Virus record (IMG/VR): IMGVR_UViG_3300031994_000101
Span: 1 to 64,000 of that record
DNA length: 64,000 nucleotides
Strand: one strand, 5' to 3'
Origin: a virus
How positions within the stretch are numbered: the stretch's first letter is position 1; the number at the start of each line of letters is the position of its first letter. The notes under the pieces were generated by a model. That model had not been told where the DNA came from. It did not search any database and saw only the letters and a list, made by a program, of their open reading frames with translations. The position numbers were made by a program, and so were the translations under genes. Below are positions 1-8,263 of this stretch, piece after piece.

Positions 1-488
1 ATGGTGTTTACCACGTCGCCCATCTGTCCTTTCAGGTTGGCGATGTCCTGCTTCTGCTCTTCCTCCTCTTTGTAGCGAGGGTTGAGCGACATCAGGAACT
101 CTTTGCCTTTCACCATAACCGCATCGTCGTAGGGACGTTCCTCGATGCGCTTTCTGGCCTTCTGCATCATGGCATCCACGGCTGGCAGCATTCCTTCAGT
201 CGTGCAACTGATAGTAGTCTGACCGTTATTATATGTGGCTGTCGAAGCTGTCGGAGAGAGGTTGGAGAACGGAACGTCCTCATTGCCCATGTGGACCACA
301 ATCTCCACGACGGGCTGCATCATGTTCGTGCCGGCATAGATACCGGGCGTAGCACCAGGTGTCTGTGTCATATACATTGGCTTTGGCTCTGGCTTGTTGG
401 CCACCGTCGCAACGGTAAGTTGTGGCTCGGTGCCGCCTTCCTGAAGAATATATATGGGAGAACCTTGCTTTAGACTTTGGAAATCCAT
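1..488 (-). CDS. hypothetical protein, partial (ATG at 486-488 on minus; frame open to window edge, 3' end outside window)
   Basis: Manual translation of minus strand from 488 to 1 has no stop (MDFQSLKQGSPIYILQEGG...); no recognisable motifs. Confidence 0.5.
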   Translation of the reverse strand, partial: MDFQSLKQGSPIYILQEGGTEPQLTVATVANKPEPKPMYMTQTPGATPGIYAGTNMMQPVVEIVVHMGNEDVPFSNLSPTASTATYNNGQTTISCTTEGMLPAVDAMMQKARKRIEERPYDDAVMVKGKEFLMSLNPRYKEEEEQKQDIANLKGQMGDVVNT

Positions 489-549
489 GTTGTTTTACTT
501 TTTGTGTTAGTTAATAGCAGGCTGCGGAGTTTCCGCAGCCTGCGGAAGT

Positions 550-894
550 TTAGACGACGGTGCGGCTCATCAGTTGGAGGATGCCATTGCCAGCGTCGTT
601 AAAGACGGTGAACACACCGGTGCCGCCAATCAGCTCGGCCACTGTGACGGGCGTGCCGTCGAAGAGTGTGAGCTGGCGTGTCTGGCCGTTGCGGGTCAGC
701 GTGACGGGCAGCGTGGTCGTGGTTCCGGCAGGGATGGCATCGGTGAGCCGAACTGTGAAATAACCTACGGGCGGCAGCGGACGGCGGTTGAAGCCGAGGG
801 CAATATCTACAGCCGTTGTGCCAACGGTGGTGTTGGTGGACTGCAGGTAAGGTATGCCGCCCTGGTTAGTTGGAATATTGAAATTACATCCCAT
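550..894 (-). CDS. hypothetical protein (114 aa), C-terminus ...LQLMSRTVV
   Basis: ORF in track; followed by 12-bp-stem hairpin at 517..543. Confidence 0.5.
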   Translation of the reverse strand: MGCNFNIPTNQGGIPYLQSTNTTVGTTAVDIALGFNRRPLPPVGYFTVRLTDAIPAGTTTTLPVTLTRNGQTRQLTLFDGTPVTVAELIGGTGVFTVFNDAGNGILQLMSRTVV

Positions 895-910
895 AGCTCA
901 CCTCCTTCCG

Positions 911-1993
911 TTAGAAACCGTAGTTGCCGCCGTAGCCTCCGAACATTCCGTTAGGATAGATGCCGCCGCTCACGTAAGGCGTAGCGTTGACAGCCACCAG
1001 GTTCGGGTACTGCACGCTCACGGTGTTAGGCAGCTTGCACTTGATGTCGTCCACCTCCTTGTTCAGGGCAGCGAGCTGTGCGTTCACGGGAGCCATCGTC
1101 TGACCGACCACACCAGCGATGTACTGGTTCTGGTTAAGCTGCGAAATCTCGCCGGCCAGTTGTGTGTTCTTCTCGCGGGCAGCATCGAGCTTGTCCTGCA
1201 GCACCTGGGTCTGCATGGCGTCGAGCTTGGCCAGAACGGCCTGCGTGTTGCGGTTCGCGCCGTCGGTGAGGGTGTAGGTCTGCTGGCAGGTGGCCAGCTC
1301 GTCCTTGCCTGCGTTGAGAGCCATCTGCGTCTGGATGCCAGAGAGACCGCGCTCTACACCGTTGAAACCAGTGTTCAGACCCATCTGCACGCCGTTGAAG
1401 CCGGTGTTCATGCCCTGCTGCAGCTGGGATGTCTGTTCGGCGATAGCGAACTTGTTGTCGCAGCAGCACTGACAGAGCTGCTGGCTCAGGGCTGCGTTGC
1501 CAGCCTGGATGCTGTTGATGATCTGCAGCGGAGTCATGCCCTGCTGGGCAGCGATGCTTGACAGCGAGCTCTGGATGAGCTGGATGCCGCTGTTGACGAG
1601 GTTGAAGTCCTGGCCGAGCATGGTCGAAAGGGTCTGCGTAGCCGTGCGTGCCTGTTCGCCCTGCGAGGTGACGGCCTGCATGATGAGCTCACGCCCGTTG
1701 TCGTTGTTCAGCTGGTTGGCGAGGAACCCTACGCCGTTTGCGCCTCCCATGCCGCCGAAGCCGCCGTTACCGTTCCAACCGAACATGCTGGCGAGGATGC
1801 CCATGGCGAACAGCTCTGTGATGTTGTTCATATTCATGGCGTTCCATCCGCCATAGCCGCCGCCGAAGCCGCCGAAGCCCATGCCGCCGCTCATGCCCGC
1901 TCCGAGCATGAAGGGCACGATGCCGTTGGCAAGCGCATTACCTCCATTGCCGCCGTTCGAGTCGGGAATAGAGAAAACTTTCATGTCACTCAT
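911..1993 (-). CDS. Gly-rich / coiled-coil hypothetical protein (likely structural); start chosen at MSDMKVF
   Basis: Long ORF; GGxGG repeats at N-term, Q/N/L-rich heptad-like central region; internal ATG at 1991-1993 chosen over upstream ATG at 2065. Confidence 0.55.
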   Translation of the reverse strand: MSDMKVFSIPDSNGGNGGNALANGIVPFMLGAGMSGGMGFGGFGGGYGGWNAMNMNNITELFAMGILASMFGWNGNGGFGGMGGANGVGFLANQLNNDNGRELIMQAVTSQGEQARTATQTLSTMLGQDFNLVNSGIQLIQSSLSSIAAQQGMTPLQIINSIQAGNAALSQQLCQCCCDNKFAIAEQTSQLQQGMNTGFNGVQMGLNTGFNGVERGLSGIQTQMALNAGKDELATCQQTYTLTDGANRNTQAVLAKLDAMQTQVLQDKLDAAREKNTQLAGEISQLNQNQYIAGVVGQTMAPVNAQLAALNKEVDDIKCKLPNTVSVQYPNLVAVNATPYVSGGIYPNGMFGGYGGNYGF

Positions 1994-2146
1994 TGTTGTA
2001 AAGTGTTTGTGTTGGTGAATAATGTGAATTAACTCGCGGGTCGGGAAATCCGAACCCACGGGCAAAGTTATTCACTAATCACTTGACTATGAAGCAAATG
2101 AAAGCATATCGCCGGAAGCCTGCTGTTCATCCGTGAAGCGGTGGTT

Positions 2147-2386
2147 TCAATGTCTTCTGTTTACTGACATTTCGAGGTGGTGAAGAATGTTATAGACTTG
2201 TCTGTCGCTGATATGATGACGCTCGGCCAGCGTCAAGATGACTGCCTTGCGAGTGACCATCGTCTGAGACAATTCAAGATAGTCGCGGTATAAGTCGCAG
2301 TACTTATAATCCTCTAAGCGGATGCCCGCTTCGTTCAGCTTTTGAAGCAGTTCCTTGTTAAATTCCACTAAATCTATGCGTCTCAT
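2147..2386 (-). CDS. hypothetical protein (79 aa)
   Basis: ORF in track, no motifs. Confidence 0.45.
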   Translation of the reverse strand: MRRIDLVEFNKELLQKLNEAGIRLEDYKYCDLYRDYLELSQTMVTRKAVILTLAERHHISDRQVYNILHHLEMSVNRRH

Positions 2387-2638
2387 CGTGCAAATTTGTT
2401 AAAGATTAAAATATTCTTATTACCTTTGCACCGAACCACCAACCTTCGCGGATATAAAAACAATAGCGTTACAGGTCGAGCAGTGGGTACTATATCCCCC
2501 GACGGCGACCTGTAACGCTCGCATTCGCAAATGGTTGGTGGTTCTTCCTTTGTGGAACGTCGGGGGCTTTTTTATACTCTCGCCCCCGAGGGAAGAGTGA
2601 AAGAGATTGTTGCGATAGTATCGCAACAGACGGGACGA

Positions 2639-3187
2639 CTACTCGCCGGTGCCGCCGCTTGCGGGGAACAGGGCCTCGTAGGGAGTCCAGTCGATAGCGT
2701 CCTTCTCCTGCCAGCCGGCGGCCTGCAGACTATGGATATGGTCTGTGGCGTGCTGGTAGAAGTCCTCTGCTTCGGTCATTGTCACGAAGGTGTGGTAGAC
2801 GGGATTACCTTCTGCGTCCTCGCCCATCTTGAAGGTGACGGGCAGGTTGTCACCGCTGGTCTGTATGGCACGGGTATAGGCAGCCATGAAGTTGAGCTGC
2901 TGCTCTACGGAGAGCCACACGGGGATTTGCTCGCCATCGGCAGATGTCCACACCAGACCGGAAACGATTCTCTCGGTAGTACGGGCGTTGATGTCGGTCA
3001 AGATGGCTTTCTTCACGTCGGCAAGCGAAATGGTGGCGTGCTGACGCTTGTAGAGATACACCTCATACCAGGAGGCAAGGCCGCCTGCCTGTTCAGGCTG
3101 CTGCAGTCCATAACATACGGTGACGCGCGAACCCTCGTCGCGCAGTGGAGCGTAGTCGCTCACGGGTCCTGTGGTCTTGTTCATCAT
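2639..3187 (-). CDS. hypothetical protein (182 aa)
   Basis: ORF in track immediately downstream of DGR RT on same strand. Confidence 0.5.
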   Translation of the reverse strand: MMNKTTGPVSDYAPLRDEGSRVTVCYGLQQPEQAGGLASWYEVYLYKRQHATISLADVKKAILTDINARTTERIVSGLVWTSADGEQIPVWLSVEQQLNFMAAYTRAIQTSGDNLPVTFKMGEDAEGNPVYHTFVTMTEAEDFYQHATDHIHSLQAAGWQEKDAIDWTPYEALFPASGGTGE

Positions 3188-3273
3188 TGTGATAATTATT
3201 TAAATGGGTGAATAATGATTTTATCGTGAGGCTGCGATACCATTGCAGCATACTGGACGGAGGGAGATTTCCG

Positions 3274-4470
3274 CTATGCGGCTCGCTGCATACAGGTCAT
3301 GTCGGCGTCGAAGTGACCGATGCGCAGGTACTCGGGCCGGAAGAACAGCTCGCGGCGCAGGCGGTAGCTGGCCGTCTGGCGCAGGATGCCGAGGTAGGAG
3401 TTGACCGTGCGCACCACCTTGTCGGGACGGCTGAAGTCCATCTCGCGCAGATGGCGGTGTATGTGCCGCAGCGAGGCTGCCGACGGCGTGATGTGCCACG
3501 GACGGACGTAGGCTCCCAGGAACTCCACGCCCTGCGTCGAGCGGCAGATGCACACCTTTCCCATGTGCAGGTCGAGTGCAAGCTCCTGCTTCAGGAACCG
3601 CCGCACCTTCGGGACCAGCTGCAGCAGCCACTCGCGGTCGCACGACACGACGTAGAAGTCGTCCACGTAGCGGCCATAGCGACGGCATTTCAGCACACGC
3701 TTCATAAACTGGTCGAGCACGTTCAGGTAGACGTTCGACAGCAGCTGCGAGGTCAGGTTGCCGATGGGCAGTCCGCACCCGTCCTCCGTGCAGAAGAGCG
3801 ACTTTGCGGGATCGAGACCGTTCCACGCCTCGATGGGCATAGCCCTCTCGCAGGATGTCTTCGGGTCGAGCATGGCGATGACCTCCGTCAGCCAGCGCAC
3901 GAAGTCCATGTCGAGCACCTGCTGCCACGTGCTCCGTGGTGATACGCCGAGCACCGCTGCTGCCTCCTTCGGCAATCGGTGCGTGGCCATCCTGTCGAGC
4001 GTCGAGAGGCATATCCTGAGCAACCGCCGTCTGTCGATGTGCATAAAATAGCCGCGAATGTCGAGCTTCAGGATGTAGCACTCGCGGGTATAGCCGCGGC
4101 TCTCCTGCCGGATGTGCTGCGCCAGCCGCAGGATGCCGTCGAGCGTGCCGCGATGCTCGATGCACGAGTACGAGTCGCGTATGAACGTCGCCTCGTAGAG
4201 CCAGTGGGTATAATAGAAGTACAGATGATGCACCACCCTGTCGGGAAACTGCGCCGCGAACACCTCTCTCTGCTTGGGATGGAACACGATGAAGCACCGC
4301 GACGGCAGCGGCACGTAGCGACGCAGGATGAGCACCAGTGCCAGGCACGCCAGGTTCTGGCGCAGCTGTGAGCGGAAGTGGCGGACGTAGCTCATCTTGC
4401 CCTTGTGGCGGGCAGCACTGGCGAAGGCCACGTGCAGGTCGCGCAGCAGTTGTGGATATGTAAGCGTCAT
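3274..4470 (-). CDS. DGR reverse transcriptase
   Basis: RT motifs LDIRGYF, PIGNLTSQLLSNVYLN (DGR-specific IGxxxSQ), RYGRYVDDFYVV (YxDD), LHMGK, GVEFLGAYV; adjacent TR/VR pair. Confidence 0.92.
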   Translation of the reverse strand: MTLTYPQLLRDLHVAFASAARHKGKMSYVRHFRSQLRQNLACLALVLILRRYVPLPSRCFIVFHPKQREVFAAQFPDRVVHHLYFYYTHWLYEATFIRDSYSCIEHRGTLDGILRLAQHIRQESRGYTRECYILKLDIRGYFMHIDRRRLLRICLSTLDRMATHRLPKEAAAVLGVSPRSTWQQVLDMDFVRWLTEVIAMLDPKTSCERAMPIEAWNGLDPAKSLFCTEDGCGLPIGNLTSQLLSNVYLNVLDQFMKRVLKCRRYGRYVDDFYVVSCDREWLLQLVPKVRRFLKQELALDLHMGKVCICRSTQGVEFLGAYVRPWHITPSAASLRHIHRHLREMDFSRPDKVVRTVNSYLGILRQTASYRLRRELFFRPEYLRIGHFDADMTCMQRAA

Positions 4471-4513
4471 CAGACTGCGGCGTTAAGAAGAGAAAGAATG
4501 GCCGCTGAGATTG

Positions 4514-4700
4514 CTGGACCGGCCGAACCGGGAAACCGTTGTACCGATTGTTCGTGTTCTGCGGGTTGACACCATTCGGATTGAAGTTCAGGTTCCGGGC
4601 GTTGCGAGCCGAATTGAACGTCGACGACCAGAAGTTGCCATTGCCCGTGCGATTGTTCCACGAACGACCATTGCCGTTGCCGGACGCCGGAAGGAAAAGA
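4514..4700 (-). repeat. DGR template repeat (TR), 187 bp
   Basis: Near-identical to 5657..5843; 16 mismatches all at TR adenines (coding/minus strand); translation Asn-rich (AAC codons). Confidence 0.88.
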
Positions 4701-4851
4701 GCTTCGGTCGCCACCTTACACGACGGCAGCGAGGGGTTGCACGTGGCAAGACCAGACTGTCTCTTCACTGTTTCACACCCCCTGCGGGGGCATGACGGGC
4801 GACCTATGAAATACTTCCGGACCATTCTTTTTATGGGTTATCAGTTTTTGT

Positions 4852-5532
4852 TTAGAGATGCGCCAGCAGTTCGCGCTGCACCTCTTCAAGGAATTTGTGA
4901 GCATCTATCGGCGACGTGCGGTGAAGCGGCAGCGACATGATGCGCCCCATGATGGCGAGGATGTGGCCGGGCGTATCGCCCATCGCGCCGCCACGACCCT
5001 GACGGTCGCCGTTGGCGCTTTCTTTCTTGCCCTTCTCATTCGACAGCGGCTGTTCGCTCTTCCACTTCTGATAAGCGGCCTGCAGGCGCTCATAGGTCAG
5101 CTCGCCGTGGTCGTCGGGCATCTGGACGGGCACGTCGATGCGCCCGTCCTCCACGTCGCGCCAGTCGAGCACCAGTTCCTTGGGCAGGTACTTGTCGAAC
5201 GACTTCTCCTGGAATCCCACGAAGATGTATTCACCGTTGATGTTCTTGGCGAATTTCTTCACCGGCGTGGGCGGGTCAATCTCCATGTCGGGGTGCAGTC
5301 GCTTCATCTGCGAGGTGATGACCACGGCCACCAGCCACGCGCTCCACTCGTTGGCGTGCCAGTAGTTTCCATCGCGCAGCAAATGAACCACGTTCCACTT
5401 CTCAGGCTCCTTCCTGTCGGCCTCGATGGTCTGGATTTCCTGGTTGGTGAATCCCTTCCGCTCGCCCTGCTGCCTGAGCAGCTGGACTTTGGCAGACGGC
5501 TGGTTCTGTTGTTGTGTCTGTTCTGTTGGCAT
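4852..5532 (-). CDS. DGR accessory protein candidate (226 aa, positionally equivalent to avd but not Avd-like)
   Basis: ORF between target gene and TR on same strand; no recognisable family. Confidence 0.55.
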   Translation of the reverse strand: MPTEQTQQQNQPSAKVQLLRQQGERKGFTNQEIQTIEADRKEPEKWNVVHLLRDGNYWHANEWSAWLVAVVITSQMKRLHPDMEIDPPTPVKKFAKNINGEYIFVGFQEKSFDKYLPKELVLDWRDVEDGRIDVPVQMPDDHGELTYERLQAAYQKWKSEQPLSNEKGKKESANGDRQGRGGAMGDTPGHILAIMGRIMSLPLHRTSPIDAHKFLEEVQRELLAHL

Positions 5533-5583
5533 ATCTCTATTTGTCTGTTATTTTTTCTGTTGGTTTCCTTCGTCCGCCCCACT

Positions 5584-5620
5584 GCTGCTGTGCCGCGCTG
5601 GGACGCGGCGGTGCAGCAGT
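5584..5620 (-). promoter_or_regulatory. GC-rich stem-loop downstream of VR (candidate DGR target-recognition hairpin)
   Basis: GCTGCTGTGCCGCG-ctggga-CGCGGCGGTGCAGCAG inverted repeat ~40-70 nt 3' of VR, absent next to TR. Confidence 0.5.
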
Positions 5621-5653
5621 GAAGCGCACAAAGGAATGGTTCGGGCGGAAGTA

Positions 5654-6547
5654 TTACTGGACCGGCCGAACCGGGAAACCGAGGAACCGATTGAACGCGT
5701 CCTGCGGGTAGACACCATTCGGATAGAAGTTCAGGCTCCGGGCGTAGCGAGCCGAATGGAACGTCGACGACCAGAAGTAGCCATTGCCCGTGCGATTGCC
5801 CCACGAACGACCATAGCCGTTGCCGGACGCCGGAAGGAAAAGACGATTACCGTTGATCTTCGAGCGCAGGTAGAGACCGTTGATGCCGTTTACCGTCACG
5901 CGCTTGTCGGCAGCCGTCTTGGCGATGCTGGTCTCTGCCGTCACCACGTTGCCGTCGGCGTCGATGTAGTCGATATTGGCGAACAGTTCCGAGAAGTCCT
6001 CCATGCTTGGCATGCGCCAGGGCGCACCGAGGCAGGCGCGCGCGGCGTCCATCGAGGGCGGTATGTTGCCCGTGAGGGCGTTGCCGGGTGTCGTGCCGTA
6101 GGGCTGTCCGTCGTAGTAGGGCTCCTGCTCGTTCACGCCGCCCCAGTTGTAGTCAAAGGCGGATGTGCTGCTGGGATTGTGTCCGTCCTGGTTGCCCCAA
6201 GAGAAGAATGAGCACTCGTACTTGAAGGGCGATACTGCGCCGTCCACCTCCTGGAATTTCGACGGCGTGGTGAGGTCGATGGAGGCCTTGGCCCAGAGCG
6301 TGCCGGAGGGCAGGCCCATGTCTACGAAGAGTTCCGAGTCGACGTAGGGCTTCTGGTATTCCAGGATGTCGGAGAGTTTCTTGCCCGTCTTCAGGTCGAT
6401 GACGGCATCTGTCGAGAGGGCCGTCTTGTTGGCGGGCGTACCGTCGGCGCTGAAGAGCATCACCTGTTGGGTTTTGCCGGCGGTGATGGCTGTCGTGAGG
6501 TCGCTCTGCACGGCCTTCAGGGCGTTAAGCTGTGTGATTGTTTCCAT
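5654..6547 (-). CDS. DGR variable (target) protein, DUF1566/C-type-lectin-fold-like C-terminus (..GRSWGNRTGNGYFWSST..FLGFPVRPVQ)
   Basis: VR occupies last 187 nt incl. stop; YFWSST motif typical of DUF1566-type DGR targets. Confidence 0.85.
   Translation of the reverse strand: METITQLNALKAVQSDLTTAITAGKTQQVMLFSADGTPANKTALSTDAVIDLKTGKKLSDILEYQKPYVDSELFVDMGLPSGTLWAKASIDLTTPSKFQEVDGAVSPFKYECSFFSWGNQDGHNPSSTSAFDYNWGGVNEQEPYYDGQPYGTTPGNALTGNIPPSMDAARACLGAPWRMPSMEDFSELFANIDYIDADGNVVTAETSIAKTAADKRVTVNGINGLYLRSKINGNRLFLPASGNGYGRSWGNRTGNGYFWSSTFHSARYARSLNFYPNGVYPQDAFNRFLGFPVRPVQ
5657..5843 (-). repeat. DGR variable repeat (VR)
   Basis: Aligned to TR by eye: substitutions only where TR has A (A->T,C,G), identical GC-rich 3' 24-nt (IMH-like). 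Confidence 0.88.
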
Positions 6548-6655
6548 TGCTGTGTTGTATTGTTTCGTGTTTACTGTTTCTTTTACAAAGAAGATTGCGG
6601 CGGTGCCGTCGACGGCATCCCATCGGCTATGCGCTGACCACCACCGTGCGGCTCA

Positions 6656-7075
6656 TCAGCTCGGCCACGTTCTGCAGCAGCTGCTGGCGGGTGTACTGCT
6701 CCCGTTGGCAGTGTATGTCTCGCCCTCTAATGCCGTTATCCGTGCGTTGAGCTGGCTGATCCAGTACTCTATGCTTGCGTCGGTGAAAACCTCCCACCCC
6801 TCATTGGGCGCCGGGTCGGTGACGGTGAAGGCCATCTTGCCGTCGACGATATTCACCACGAACTTCCCGTCCTGCACCGTCAGCGTGCATGGCAGGTTCT
6901 GCGTAGCGGCGGTGGCGCGGTAGAGCACCCCGTTGATGCCTACGACGGCGTTCTTCGGGAATGTCGATGCAGGCGTGAGCGTCGAGATGTCCACGGGCAG
7001 CAATGCCCCGGCATTATAAGCCATCTGCAACTGCCTGAGGTTGACGGCCTTTTCAAGAGTTTTTTTGCTTGGCAT
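6656..7075 (-). CDS. hypothetical protein (139 aa; possible 3' frameshift, alt frame ends ..ELMSRTVVVSA)
   Basis: ORF in track; +1 frame at 3' end encodes C-terminal motif shared with 550..894 product. Confidence 0.45.
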   Translation of the reverse strand: MPSKKTLEKAVNLRQLQMAYNAGALLPVDISTLTPASTFPKNAVVGINGVLYRATAATQNLPCTLTVQDGKFVVNIVDGKMAFTVTDPAPNEGWEVFTDASIEYWISQLNARITALEGETYTANGSSTPASSCCRTWPS

Positions 7076-7148
7076 ATTCTTGTTTTGCTGTTAAGAGGTG
7101 AAGAAAGGAGAACCCGGACTTTCCGGGCTCTCCATGAGCGGAAGAGGC

Positions 7149-7715
7149 TTACTCGGCGGGCAGTCCGAGGGCTGTGCGCACCTCCGCATCGGTGGCAAAC
7201 TCGCCTACGATGTAGCCGGCCTGGGCGTGGTCGCCCCAGCCATAGGCGGTGTTGGCGTTGTCGAGGCTGGTCTGCACGGCCTGCACGAGCTTGGCCTTGG
7301 CTACGGAGCCGTCGGCCAGGTCGCCTGTGATCTTGTGGTCCTGCGAGATGGTCAGCTGCACGGGCTTGCCCGTCTGGTCGCCCAGCTCCAGATACTCCAC
7401 GAGTCCGCTGGCGTCGATGTAGTCGTAGGTCTCGGTCTCGCCGGTGGCGTTGGTCTTCACCTTCAGGAAGATACCGGTGTTGCCCTCGCCGTCCTCGCTG
7501 GCGAAGCCGACTACGCTGTTGATGTAGTCCTTGGGGATGTCGATGACCACGAGGTCCTGACCTCCCTTCTTGAAGGTGTAGCTGCGGAGCATACCAGTGG
7601 TGGTAGTCTCGGTGCTTACGGTGATGTCCTTCGCTGCGCCTGCAGCGTCGATGGCCTGCTTGATGAGAGCCAGGTGCTCCATGTTAAGAGCACTGTTTGC
7701 ATTGGTCTTTGCCAT
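7149..7715 (-). CDS. hypothetical structural-like protein (188 aa), C-term ..FATDAEVRTALGLPAE
   Basis: ORF; shares C-terminal motif with 7808..8122 product. Confidence 0.55.
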   Translation of the reverse strand: MAKTNANSALNMEHLALIKQAIDAAGAAKDITVSTETTTTGMLRSYTFKKGGQDLVVIDIPKDYINSVVGFASEDGEGNTGIFLKVKTNATGETETYDYIDASGLVEYLELGDQTGKPVQLTISQDHKITGDLADGSVAKAKLVQAVQTSLDNANTAYGWGDHAQAGYIVGEFATDAEVRTALGLPAE

Positions 7716-7807
7716 TTTGCTTTTGTGTTGTTTGGTTAAAAAAATAAAGTGAACTATATGCTGGCGGGCTACCGTGGTGCGGCAGTCTGCTGGACAGCCT
7801 TAAAGTG

Positions 7808-8122
7808 TCAGAGTCCGAGGGCGGCACGCACGTCGTCGTCGGTGGCGAAGTGGTTCTCCATAGCCTCACGGGCCTTGGGCGAGAGGTCGTGCAGCTGTAC
7901 GCTGTCATCCTCTATCGACTGGCTGTTGACTTTGCCGTCGGCTATCTTGCCGTCGGGTGTCACGATGTCTACGGTCACTCCGCCGTCGGCGGGCATCTGA
8001 AGTGTGCGCTGGTGTACGCGGATGTGCCGGAGCACGTTCGTGCCGTCCTCCAGTGTCTCATAATACAGGTGAAGCTGCTGCGCGATGACATGCTTCAGTT
8101 TGTTGATGTCTGGTACAGTCAT
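7808..8122 (-). CDS. hypothetical protein (104 aa), C-term ..FATDDDVRAALGL
   Basis: ORF; paralogous C-terminus to 7149..7715. Confidence 0.5.
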   Translation of the reverse strand: MTVPDINKLKHVIAQQLHLYYETLEDGTNVLRHIRVHQRTLQMPADGGVTVDIVTPDGKIADGKVNSQSIEDDSVQLHDLSPKAREAMENHFATDDDVRAALGL

Positions 8123-8263
8123 AATCGTTATTATGTTTTTATTGTTTTTGTTTCCAAAATATGTTGAGTAAGACTGGTGGTCAAGGGCAAAAAAATAAGA
8201 AGAACGTTGTTAATCGTTCTTCTTATACATAATATATATATAATGGGGAAAATACGTTCCTGC

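Noticed and set aside
517-543. 12-bp-stem hairpin GCAGGCTGCGGA-gtt-TCCGCAGCCTGC as an intrinsic terminator
   Set aside because: It is followed by an A-rich rather than U-rich tract on the relevant (minus) strand, so it is more likely a processing or regulatory hairpin. Reported only as a note under feature 550..894.
3221-4825. 534-aa minus-strand ORF overlapping the RT gene and spanning the template repeat
   Set aside because: It is a read-through of the Asn-codon-rich template repeat plus an alternative frame of the RT gene in GC-rich DNA. The RT frame (3274..4470) carries all the conserved motifs, so the long ORF is spurious.
5304-6211. ORFs 5304..5804 (minus) and 5426..6211 (plus) overlapping the variable repeat and target gene
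   Set aside because: They are alternative frames of the repeat region. The target frame ending in the FLGFPVRPVQ stop is the one matching the DGR variable-protein signature.
560-6660. CUGAUGAGCCGCAC at the 3' ends of genes 550..894 and 6656..7075, reminiscent of the hammerhead-ribozyme CUGAUGA core
   Set aside because: There is no accompanying GAAA box or three-helix junction. The motif simply encodes the shared L-M-S-R-T C-terminus.
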